From contig JAGFNJ010000005.1 of assembly GCA_017592775.1 (NCBI GenBank), positions 62,246 to 126,245 on the forward strand: DNA of 64,000 nt. The letters run 5' to 3'. A program made the translations under genes and the position numbers. The notes beneath the pieces are model-generated. The model was not told the DNA's origin and did not search any database. It saw only the letters and a program-made list of their open reading frames with translations. Positions 22,247 through 31,066 of this stretch are shown here, piece after piece. Source of the stretch: Candidatus Accumulibacter conexus. GTDB lineage: Bacteria > Pseudomonadota > Gammaproteobacteria > Burkholderiales > Rhodocyclaceae. Numbering within the stretch: the first letter of the stretch is position 1; each line of letters starts with the position of its first letter.

Positions 22247-22531
22247 CTACGGCTTCTTGAACTTCAGCGTGATCGAACCCGAGCCGCTGACTGTGGCTGT
22301 CCCGATGAACTGCACACCGCCTTCGGCGGTGATCTCGACACCGACCTCGACCTCCGAAAGCTCGTAGTTGCCGACCTGCCGAACGTCGCTGAAGACCTCG
22401 GCGAGCAACGCCGTCGCCGACTGCAGGTTTGCGCGCATCGTCGCAACCGGAATCGCGGCAACGCCGACCGCCCTGCCGCCCTTCGCCGGGATCTGCACCA
22501 GAATCGGAAGCGTTTCCTGGTCCGTGCTCAT
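22247..22531 (-). CDS. small beta-rich protein resembling peptidase-co-occurring (trypco2/Pepco-type) partners
   Basis: 94-aa product from ATG 22531, preceded by GGAGGAG. The C-terminal YELSEVEVGVEITAEGGVQFIGTATVSGSGSITLKFKKP matches my memory of the small proteins encoded next to trypsin/caspase peptidases in conflict systems. The longer ORF-track frame to 22855 is treated as spurious. Confidence 0.55.
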   Translation of the reverse strand: MSTDQETLPILVQIPAKGGRAVGVAAIPVATMRANLQSATALLAEVFSDVRQVGNYELSEVEVGVEITAEGGVQFIGTATVSGSGSITLKFKKP

Positions 22532-22915
22532 CTGCTCCTCCCTTCGTCGTTGCGGCGAGGAAACGTCGCCGACCTTCCCATCGTCTCGGCCTTCGCGTCG
22601 GCACATTGGTCCGTTCCTCGCTCTCAGGTCAGCAAATTCATCGACCGCGTCGCCGACCCCGCCCGCAACCGCCCATTTTTCGGCAACCAAGCTGCTCGAC
22701 GACTGGCGCGACGGCGACGCCTGCACCAAGAATGCACGAGCACGAGAAATCCAACGGCAACGACCCAAGTATATGAGCTTGCTTGAAGCAGCGTCAATCT
22801 CACGACAATCGCCTGGATGCGGCGGCCTGCAAGCATGGGCGAGATCTCGCGACACGGCAATTCGGCGGCAGGCGTCTCCTCATGCAGCGACCATGGCAGA
22901 CACGGCAAGCGGGCG

Positions 22916-24928
22916 TCACCACAGCCGGCGCGTATCGATCCAGCTCACCCGCCCGGTGCGCCGCTTGACTTCGTTGTACATGTGGCTGGTACCGCCGGGA
23001 CCGTCGCCGCCGCCGCCGTTCCACAGGCAGATGAAGCGGACCTTGTCGACACCCCAGGCGAGCGCGGTATGGAGCAGCCAGAGATTGCAGCGCTCGAAGG
23101 CGCTGATCGTCCTGCCGCGGCCTCCCGCAGGCAGCGGCCCGATTTCCTCGGGCATGATCCGCGGCTCGTCGGCCAGAGTCGCGGTGACGGCGAAGTAGCG
23201 CTCGCGCCACTGCTCGCCATTGCTTGCCGGCAGGATGGAGCGCTCGATGAACTCCGGTTCGGCGAACGGCAGCATCACTTGCAGGCGAACGCCACGCGCC
23301 TGGCAGGCCTCGAGGAACAGCAGATCACCACCGCTGGCCGCCTGCGACAAGGCCAGATCACCGGCTCCGACGCCGAGCTGGTCGAGAACCCGGGCAACCT
23401 GTTCCGCTGCCAGCCCTTCCCGGTCAGCAGGAAAGCGCGGCGGCAGGCGATCGGCGGCATCAATCCTGTGGCCGCTGAACAGCAGCACCTGCCGCGGTGC
23501 AAAGGGTGGCGTGCTGCGCGCGATCTCGCGCTCGACGATGCTCAGGGCAGCGGCCGTCTCCGCCGGGCGAAAATCGATGTCGCGCAACAGGCACAAGGTC
23601 TGCCGGCTCGATTCGAGGGCGAACCAGTCCCGGTTGGCCGCGGCGACCATGTGGCTGAACTCCCGGCGCACCGATTCGACCGGCGCCAGCAGCAGGCACG
23701 CCTCGGCATGGCTGGCACGCGCCCAGTAGTCCTTGCGATCGCGCTCCTGCGCCGTCAGGCTGGCCCAGCGCACGCCGCCGCCGAGGTTCTCGATCAGCCG
23801 GGGATCGCTGTCGCCACCCAGATGCTGCCGCAGCAGCAACAGCGTCAGGGCATTGATGCCGGAGTAATGGTGCGCAGGGTCGGCGACGAAGGCCCGATGA
23901 TAGGGCTCGATCGCCTCGCCCAGGGTAGCGTTCTCGAAACTGGCTGCCTCGCGCATCTGCAGCGGCGACAGCCCGGGCTGGCGCCAGAGCGCCACCCAGC
24001 GCTCCTTCTCGATGCGCCCGGCAAGCGCCCAGCATTCGGCGTCGCGGGGATGATCGGCGGTCAGCCGGTGCACCAGCTCGCGCGCTTCCTCGAAACGGCC
24101 GAGGCGGCCCAGGCAGACCGACTTCCTCTCCCGGCTCGGCTTGTCGTCGGCGTCGATCGTCAACGCCTGTTCGAACTGCTCGAGCGCCAGTTCGTACTGC
24201 TTGAGCTTCAGCAGCGCCTGTCCGGCGGTGCGCCTGGCCTCGAGCTGCAGCGCGCGCACCGGCGTCTCCCCGGCGAGGACGAGGATGTCGCCCGGCCGGT
24301 TCTTCTGCCGCGACACCTCCATCCGGTTCGCCCAGCTTTCATAGGCGTCGGAGAACTCGTTGCGTTCGGCGAGCAGGAGCCGGCGCCACTCCGGTTGCTC
24401 GAGCTGCGGCATCAGTTGGAAGACGGGGCTCACCTTGCGCCGCGTCGAACTGGCCATGCTGGCGCAGACCATCGCCGTCAGCGCTGCGCGATCCTGCTCG
24501 ACGGTCGCCGGGTCCGGCGCGCCGTCGCGCAGCGAGTAGCGCAGCTTGCGGTCGGTGTAGATGTCGAAGGGCTGGTTCGGCCGCGGCCCCTGCACCAGCA
24601 CCACCCCGCGTGCGCGCAGGGCATGCCGTACGCCGAGTTCGTACCAGACGTTCGGGTTGTCGAGGGTCAGATCGGCAACGACGAGATCGGCGATCAGCAA
24701 CTCCTGGAACATGTCGGTGCGGATGTCGCCGGCACGCTGCTCCTCGTCGGCGCGAAACACCTCCATCCCCGCCGCCTCGAGCGCCGGCCGGATGTACTCG
24801 GCATAGACGCGATTGAAGTCGATCAACTGGCCATCGGCTCCGGGCTTGCTGCCGAAGGGCATGGCGACGAAGGCGTGTGGCGGCATCGGCCTCTCCTCAG
24901 CGCGGCGCTGCGTTGGCAGCGGCAGCAA
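22916..24928 (-). CDS. TIR/deoxyribosyltransferase-like + DUF4071 (TRAF-binding-like TPR) + C-terminal SLOG/DprA-like Rossmann domain protein
   Basis: N-terminus FVAMPFGSKPG...ADLVVADLTLDNPNVWYELGVRHALRARGVVLV. The central helical repeats contain HYSGINALTLLLL. The C-terminus reads VLLFSGHRID...SQAASGGDLLFLEACQARGV...ICLWNGGGGDGPGGTSHM. The likely true start is ATG 24886 (MPPHAFVAMPFG, preceded by GAGGAGAGG). The ORF track opens at TTG 24928. Confidence 0.65.
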   Translation of the reverse strand: MLPLPTQRRAEERPMPPHAFVAMPFGSKPGADGQLIDFNRVYAEYIRPALEAAGMEVFRADEEQRAGDIRTDMFQELLIADLVVADLTLDNPNVWYELGVRHALRARGVVLVQGPRPNQPFDIYTDRKLRYSLRDGAPDPATVEQDRAALTAMVCASMASSTRRKVSPVFQLMPQLEQPEWRRLLLAERNEFSDAYESWANRMEVSRQKNRPGDILVLAGETPVRALQLEARRTAGQALLKLKQYELALEQFEQALTIDADDKPSRERKSVCLGRLGRFEEARELVHRLTADHPRDAECWALAGRIEKERWVALWRQPGLSPLQMREAASFENATLGEAIEPYHRAFVADPAHHYSGINALTLLLLRQHLGGDSDPRLIENLGGGVRWASLTAQERDRKDYWARASHAEACLLLAPVESVRREFSHMVAAANRDWFALESSRQTLCLLRDIDFRPAETAAALSIVEREIARSTPPFAPRQVLLFSGHRIDAADRLPPRFPADREGLAAEQVARVLDQLGVGAGDLALSQAASGGDLLFLEACQARGVRLQVMLPFAEPEFIERSILPASNGEQWRERYFAVTATLADEPRIMPEEIGPLPAGGRGRTISAFERCNLWLLHTALAWGVDKVRFICLWNGGGGDGPGGTSHMYNEVKRRTGRVSWIDTRRLW

Positions 24929-24942
24929 CCGGCACAGCGCGG

Positions 24943-27900
24943 CTACTCATCGGTTGCCGACCGGGCACGGCGCGGCCGGCCGGAGCGGCGCGGAGCATCG
25001 CCGCCCGCCAGCGGGCGGTCGACGCGCTCGCCCGCACCCGGCCAGACCTGTTCGATGAGCGCGACCAGACGGTCGGCCGCGAGCTGCCACCCCGTCTCGC
25101 CACTGGTGACCCGGCGGGCATCGCAGAAGCGTGACAGCATGCCAATCTGGCTGACGATCGAGTCGAGATCGCGCGGCCGCAAAGCGAGGCTCGCCAGCGT
25201 CTCGGCGTAGGCACGGGCGACTTCCTCGTACGCCCGCTCGCCGGCCTCGCCAGCCTGCAGCAGTTGCTGGTCGAGCAGGCGCTCGATCAGCAACGCGTCG
25301 GCGGCGATGAGCGCATCCCAGACGCCGGCGCCGCTCGCGCTGCCACCGCCGACGCCCTGCCGGCAGTGGCCGGCGAGCGCAATCGCCGCGGCGCGCTGCC
25401 CATCGTCGGGCAGCAGTGCCTCCAGGGCAAGGCGATTGAGCGCATTGTAGGCGCGGAACGAGCTGTCACCCGGCCTGCCCTCACCGGCGGCGTAGAAACG
25501 TGCGCTGTCAAGCAGCGCGCGGTCCACTGCCGCCGCCGCGTCGCCGTCCACCGCCCGCTGCTGCGCCGCACCGCCGTTCCAGGCGGCGAGCAGGCGCGTC
25601 GCATGCAGGCTGGCGAGGCGCTTGGCGGCACCACCGCGCAAGGCGCTGCGCTCGCCACCCGCCGTCGCTGGCGCCGCTCCGTCCGGCTGCCGGCCTGCCG
25701 CGGCGACGACCTGGTCGAGATCGGCGAGGCGTGCGAGAGCCCGCTCGATCAGGCCCGGATCGGCGCTGGCCTCACCGAGGCGAGCCTCGATGTTCGCCAG
25801 TTGCTCGATGGCGCCGATCGGCACTTGGCCGGCGTCATCGTCGTCCTGCAGCGCATCGAGATAGCAGTCACGCGCATCGGCAAACTGACCGAGATCGGCC
25901 CACAGCGCGCCGACGGCGAACTGTACCGCCGGCAGGCGCCGCCAGCCGGCGGGGCAGCGTTCCTTGAGCAGGCGACGGAGGTTCCTGACGCTGGCCTCGA
26001 TCTCGCGTCGTGTCTGCTGACGGCTCGCTCGCGCCAGCCCCGCCCGCCAGCTCACCAGTTCATCGAGCAGTTCGTCGACCGACGCGTAGCCCGAATCGTC
26101 GTTGCCGCGGCCCTCGAGGCGCGGCTCGGCCCGCCAGCCGGGATCGCCGTAGGCCTGGAAGGCACCCCAGGTGATGTCCTGCGCGTTGCTCCTCCAGACC
26201 GCCTTGCGCGCCGCGTACACCGCCTCGCCAAAGGGCAGTCGCTCGACCAGCAGATGGCGGTAGAAGGCATTGCCGAAAACCAGCGCCCCCTGATCGTCGA
26301 CCGCCCAGCCGGCAACGACGACGCAGCGTACACCGCAGTCGATCAGCTCGCGTGCGACGCTGGCGGCAAGCAGGTTGCCGTCACGCACCGTCGCCGCAGT
26401 GTCGGCAGCGGCGACGCTGTCGATCTTGCCGAGATGACAGCAACTGAGGAAGACCAGCTCGGGAACCGTCTCCATCGCCCTGATCTCGGCCGCCGTCAGC
26501 AGCAGCCCGTCGGAGAGGACGACGCCGCTGCGCCGCCGGCCATCGGCGTGCAACTGGTCGAAGACACCATGCGCCGAGATGTACAGCAGCCGATAGTTCT
26601 CCTGATACAGCCGCGTCAGCACGTCGCAAGCACGCCAATCGGCACCGATCGCCGACAGCACCTGATAGCCCATCGCCTGCAGTACGGCAGCCACCTCGTT
26701 CGCCTCGCTCTCGGCGCCGGGCAAGGGTGGCGGATTGGCGGCATCCGGCCGCCGCGGGTCGGGAAAGGCGCGGGTGAAGCCTTCGACCGAGGGATTGCCG
26801 ACGACGAAAGCCCGGCGCTCGAATCCCTGCCGTACCTGCCGCCGGAACTCGCTGGTGGCAAACTGCCGGACCACCGGCGTCCGCAGCGCCAGCGGCAGCT
26901 TCTCGCCACCGCCGCCCGGCGAGTCGGCGAACATCAGCTCCCACGGCAAGTTCGCCGTGTACTCGTCGACCACCAGGACGATCCGCTCGAGCTGCCGGGC
27001 AGCGTCCTTGAAATCGTTCGGCACCATCAGCTGGAAGAGCGCACGGCCGAAACTCTCCTGCCAGACCGTGCTGTGGATCTGCTGCCGGACCAGCATCTCG
27101 ACCAGTCCCGGCTGGCGCTGATGAACGATCGACTCGGCGCGCGCCCGCTGGCCGACATAGAGGAAACGCAGGCGATCGGTGACCGCCGTGCGCGCCGTCC
27201 GCGGCGCCCGCCCGGCGGCGTCGGCGGGCGCCGCGCCGACGGCAGCCGGCGCCGTCGCAGCCACCTCCGCCGGCTCCTGCCGAGCGGCGTCGGTGATCAT
27301 CAGACGCGGCCAGTAGGCAGACCCGCTGCGGTCGAACAGGCGCCGCCGCCAGCCTTCGCCCTGCTGCAATTGTGGCTGGCAGACCAGCGCGACGCCATGG
27401 CGGCCGAGCAGTCCGGCGAGGCGCTCGGGTACCCGGCGCAAGGCATACGCGGCGGTGATCGCCGTGTCCTGGTACAGCTCGACGATGTCGACCCGACTGA
27501 CCCGGATGTGACGCCGGGTTGCCTCGTGAAAGCGTGCGTTGGCCTCGATGACCCCACGCACCAGCGCTTCGACCGAAGCCGCAACCGAAACACTGGCCGA
27601 CGAGTTGTAGCCGAGGAGCAGCGTCGCCAGTGGCAGGTCGCGATCCTCGTCGCCGAGCACGTCGATCGCCTGCAGCAGGTAGCGCAGCACACCCGCCCGC
27701 ACCGCGGCCGTCAGATCCTCGACGTTCAGGCTGCCGTCGTAGCTCCCCAAACCACAGACGACGGCTCCGCGCAGCGACCCGCGCCGCCGCTCCTGTGCGT
27801 TCGGCAATCGCAGCACGACCGTCGCGCTGCCCCGCGGCCCGGCATAGAGGCCCAGGTTGTAGCGTTCGCCGAGATCGCCGTCGAGCAGTTCGCGGTCGAT

Positions 27901-30900
27901 CAGCGCCTCGGCGCCGGAAATCGGATCCTGCTCGTAGTGACCGAGCAGGATCGGCTGCTCGAGGAAACGCAGGTCCATCGCCCGCACGGCCACTTCCAGC
28001 CGGCGCTTCGAGCGCGGTGCGACGCGGTTGCGCGGCGCGCCTCCGAGCAGGCCGACGGCCACTGCTTCGCCGCTCGCCAGCATCGGCGGTCCTGCGTCAT
28101 AGACGACCGGCCGCGCCTCGCCATCGCCGCGCACTGCCGGCGGACTGCGCAGCAGGGCACCGGTGGCGCCGCTGTGCAGCAGTTCGGCGAGCGCCGGATG
28201 GTACTCGCGGGTCGACGGCAGATCGCCGTGCTGCGCCGGCATGTAGTAGTAACTGCCGATGTTCCCGATCCGCCCCGAGGCCCACGTCACCGTGCCGTCA
28301 CCCTGCGTCGTGCCGACCAGCTTCAGCCGCCCCTTCTCCTCGCGGATGCCGCACGGCGTGTTGCGCGCAACGCCGAAGACATAGACCGACTGCTGCTCGT
28401 ATTCCTTCGGCAGGGCGGGCGTCGGCTCGCCATCCTGCCGCCAGAGCCAGCTGCCCTCGTCGAGTTCCGCCTGGCTCGGCGTCGCCGACTGGCCGTCGCC
28501 AAACCAGAAATCCTTCACCTTCTGCCGGTAGTCCTGCCAGGTCTCGGCGCGCTCGAAGCTCTGCCCGCCCAGGCCACCGTCCGGCTGCCCCTGAAAGCAG
28601 TCGACGAAACCCGGCTTTGGCAGCAACTGCAGGGCGCCACGGAAACCGGAGACGATCTGCAGCACTTCGCGCATGTCGTGCCGGACATCGAGTCGCACCA
28701 GCGAGCGCAGCGTGTCACCCTTGCCGAGCAGGTTCTCGACCATCGAGTAGGCGCCCTGGTTCGGCGTGCCGAGCATCACCAGACGGGCGCCCGGCCGCGC
28801 CATCAGCGCATCCATCACCGGCCGCCGCCGATGGATGCAGGCACGCACGACGAGACCGCCCATGCTGTGCGCCAGCAGCCGGATCGGCTGTTGCGTCTCC
28901 AGCAGCAGCCGATCGAGCAGCGCAGCCAGGCGTTCGCCCAGCACGTCGAGCGGCTGCCGCCAGTCGTAGGCAAAGCTCTCGACACGGTGGCTGGCGGCGA
29001 GAAACCTGCAGAGATCGCCATAGAACATGCCGAACAGTTCCTCCGCCTCGACTTCCGGCTGTCCCCAGGCGATCTTGTCGAGGCCGCCACCGGCAATGTC
29101 GAGGGGATCGAACCAGACCCGGTCGCGGCGCCTGACCTGCAGGTGCGACCCCATGACGCCGGGCAGGACGACGACCACCGGCAGATCGGCGACCGCCGCT
29201 TCGCCACCACGCCGCAGCCGGGCGCCGGGCATGGCTGCGTCGGCGAAAGGCCCCGGCAACGGCTGGAAAGCCGCCAGCGAGCCGACATCGCCGCTCACCA
29301 GCCAGTCCCGCAGGGCTGCCCGCGTGTCGATGTTGCTGAAATAGGCGAAGTGCGATACCGCGGCGCCACGGTCGAACAGGGCCCGCGCCCGCGCCTGTGG
29401 CGCGATGCCGGCGTACATAGAATCGGTATCGACGACCAGATCGTTGTCGAGGTTGTCGAACAGCAGGAAGTCGGTCAGCAACACCCCCAGGCGCTGCAGC
29501 ACGCCGCCGCCCTCGATGTCACCGGCGATCACCGCCATCTCGATGCCCGAACGTACCGGCGCCTCGCGCAGCAGGCGCGCCATCGGTGACTCGGGCAGCA
29601 TCGCCTCGATGCCCGGCACCAGGTGGGCACTCGTCCGTCGCCGGGCGATCTCGAGCACGACACGCTTGAAGGCCGAATAGAGCGGATTGCCGAAGAAGAA
29701 CGGAATCTGTCCGAGCAGCGTCAACAGCCCGGAGAGAAAGACATCGAGGTTGCCGCTGGCCAGCCGCGTTCCCTGCGCCGGGCTGGCAACCCGCACGTAG
29801 CGCCGCACGACCAGCTTCTTCGCCGCCAGCTCGCTGGCCAGCGCCCGCAAGAGCTGCCGCTGTTCGCCATGCGCGTCGCCGATCTCGCGCTGCACGACCT
29901 GTGCGGCGGCGGCGTCGGTCTCGCCGGTGGCCGGCAGGTCGCTGCGATAGTGCTCGATCAGGTGGTCGAAATTCTCGAGGCAGATGAGATCACCGACCAG
30001 GCCGCCACGCGAGTGCGAAACCAGACTGAGCTGCAGACCGTCCGGCAGCGCCGCCAGCAACTGCCGCGCGTTCTCGATCGGGCTCTCGGACAGCGTCCGG
30101 TGCTCGAAGGCGTAGATGCGACCGTTGAACTGCCGCTCGAGAACGCTCCACAACTCGCGCTCGTCGAGTTGCAGATCGCCGAAGCTGCCGCGCGTGCTCG
30201 ACCCCGTGCCGTGGATGAAGACGAGGACCGGCTCACCCGCGACAGCAGCCTCCTGCAGCTCCCGCTGCGCCCGCGCCCGCGCCTGCTCGTCCGGTTCTGC
30301 GGCCGGCGCAGCGCCGCGCACCGGCTGCCAGCAGTAGACTCCCGGCTGCCGCTCCAGCCGCTGCTCGATGGCCCACATCAGGGCCTTGGTTCCGAGCCAG
30401 GAAACGCCCAGTTCGACGGCATCGGAACCCCTGCCCCGTGTCAGCTCGGCAAGCCGCTTCCTGGCGTCGGTGATGATCGCGTCTTCACTGGCGCCGACCG
30501 CCAGCGCGAAAACGCGGCTGATCAGGCCGCCGACGAGATCGCCGGCGAGCCCGCGCGTCGCCGCGCCGTCGCTGCGCAGGCGATCGAACAGGATCTCGCC
30601 CTCGCTGCCGAGGAGGTCGGGACGGCTGCGTGCCAGCGACGCCTGCAGCTCGCTGGCGCTGGTGATCAGCACCCCGCCGTCAGCCAGTTCGATGACCAGC
30701 ACCTCGTCCGCCTGCGCCACGTACTTCTGGCTGACGGCGGTGGCGCCGCGCGCCGTCGCGCCGATCTCGAAGCAGGCTCGCGGCTGCAGGTAGCCCGCCG
30801 GCATGAACGGATCATCGCCGGCATCGGCGGCGCGCCGGACGTTGCGCAGCAGTGCCGGCAAGGGTGCCTGATCCTGCGGGCTGGCCGTCAGGTCGAGAAT

Positions 30901-30915
30901 CGTGGTCTGCGACAT
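24943..30915 (-). CDS. giant multidomain protein: two alpha/beta-hydrolase (lipase/LCAT/PGAP1-like) domains + CHAT caspase-fold protease + C-terminal helical repeats
   Basis: About 1990 aa from ATG 30915, preceded by GGAG. Hydrolase 1: VLVFIHGTGSS...LVSHSRGGLV (about aa 250-325 of the ORF-track frame). Hydrolase 2: VVVLPGVMGSHL...RLLAHSMGGLVVRA (about aa 598-710). CHAT: LLYISAHGVF...ELVFLSCCHLGK (about aa 1461-1515). The tail is Ala/Leu-rich and helical. Confidence 0.8.
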   Translation of the reverse strand: MSQTTILDLTASPQDQAPLPALLRNVRRAADAGDDPFMPAGYLQPRACFEIGATARGATAVSQKYVAQADEVLVIELADGGVLITSASELQASLARSRPDLLGSEGEILFDRLRSDGAATRGLAGDLVGGLISRVFALAVGASEDAIITDARKRLAELTRGRGSDAVELGVSWLGTKALMWAIEQRLERQPGVYCWQPVRGAAPAAEPDEQARARAQRELQEAAVAGEPVLVFIHGTGSSTRGSFGDLQLDERELWSVLERQFNGRIYAFEHRTLSESPIENARQLLAALPDGLQLSLVSHSRGGLVGDLICLENFDHLIEHYRSDLPATGETDAAAAQVVQREIGDAHGEQRQLLRALASELAAKKLVVRRYVRVASPAQGTRLASGNLDVFLSGLLTLLGQIPFFFGNPLYSAFKRVVLEIARRRTSAHLVPGIEAMLPESPMARLLREAPVRSGIEMAVIAGDIEGGGVLQRLGVLLTDFLLFDNLDNDLVVDTDSMYAGIAPQARARALFDRGAAVSHFAYFSNIDTRAALRDWLVSGDVGSLAAFQPLPGPFADAAMPGARLRRGGEAAVADLPVVVVLPGVMGSHLQVRRRDRVWFDPLDIAGGGLDKIAWGQPEVEAEELFGMFYGDLCRFLAASHRVESFAYDWRQPLDVLGERLAALLDRLLLETQQPIRLLAHSMGGLVVRACIHRRRPVMDALMARPGARLVMLGTPNQGAYSMVENLLGKGDTLRSLVRLDVRHDMREVLQIVSGFRGALQLLPKPGFVDCFQGQPDGGLGGQSFERAETWQDYRQKVKDFWFGDGQSATPSQAELDEGSWLWRQDGEPTPALPKEYEQQSVYVFGVARNTPCGIREEKGRLKLVGTTQGDGTVTWASGRIGNIGSYYYMPAQHGDLPSTREYHPALAELLHSGATGALLRSPPAVRGDGEARPVVYDAGPPMLASGEAVAVGLLGGAPRNRVAPRSKRRLEVAVRAMDLRFLEQPILLGHYEQDPISGAEALIDRELLDGDLGERYNLGLYAGPRGSATVVLRLPNAQERRRGSLRGAVVCGLGSYDGSLNVEDLTAAVRAGVLRYLLQAIDVLGDEDRDLPLATLLLGYNSSASVSVAASVEALVRGVIEANARFHEATRRHIRVSRVDIVELYQDTAITAAYALRRVPERLAGLLGRHGVALVCQPQLQQGEGWRRRLFDRSGSAYWPRLMITDAARQEPAEVAATAPAAVGAAPADAAGRAPRTARTAVTDRLRFLYVGQRARAESIVHQRQPGLVEMLVRQQIHSTVWQESFGRALFQLMVPNDFKDAARQLERIVLVVDEYTANLPWELMFADSPGGGGEKLPLALRTPVVRQFATSEFRRQVRQGFERRAFVVGNPSVEGFTRAFPDPRRPDAANPPPLPGAESEANEVAAVLQAMGYQVLSAIGADWRACDVLTRLYQENYRLLYISAHGVFDQLHADGRRRSGVVLSDGLLLTAAEIRAMETVPELVFLSCCHLGKIDSVAAADTAATVRDGNLLAASVARELIDCGVRCVVVAGWAVDDQGALVFGNAFYRHLLVERLPFGEAVYAARKAVWRSNAQDITWGAFQAYGDPGWRAEPRLEGRGNDDSGYASVDELLDELVSWRAGLARASRQQTRREIEASVRNLRRLLKERCPAGWRRLPAVQFAVGALWADLGQFADARDCYLDALQDDDDAGQVPIGAIEQLANIEARLGEASADPGLIERALARLADLDQVVAAAGRQPDGAAPATAGGERSALRGGAAKRLASLHATRLLAAWNGGAAQQRAVDGDAAAAVDRALLDSARFYAAGEGRPGDSSFRAYNALNRLALEALLPDDGQRAAAIALAGHCRQGVGGGSASGAGVWDALIAADALLIERLLDQQLLQAGEAGERAYEEVARAYAETLASLALRPRDLDSIVSQIGMLSRFCDARRVTSGETGWQLAADRLVALIEQVWPGAGERVDRPLAGGDAPRRSGRPRRARSATDE

Positions 30916-31066
30916 CGTCGTCTCCTTCGCACCTGCTTCTTCAGACGGCCGCGTACCCCACGGCCGCAAGTGGCAACAGCATCCTGGTCAGCGCCGACCC
31001 CGATCCAGGCACGTCAGCTCTGGCGACTGCCCCTTGCCGCGACAGCGCCGGCGCGATACGGACCGA

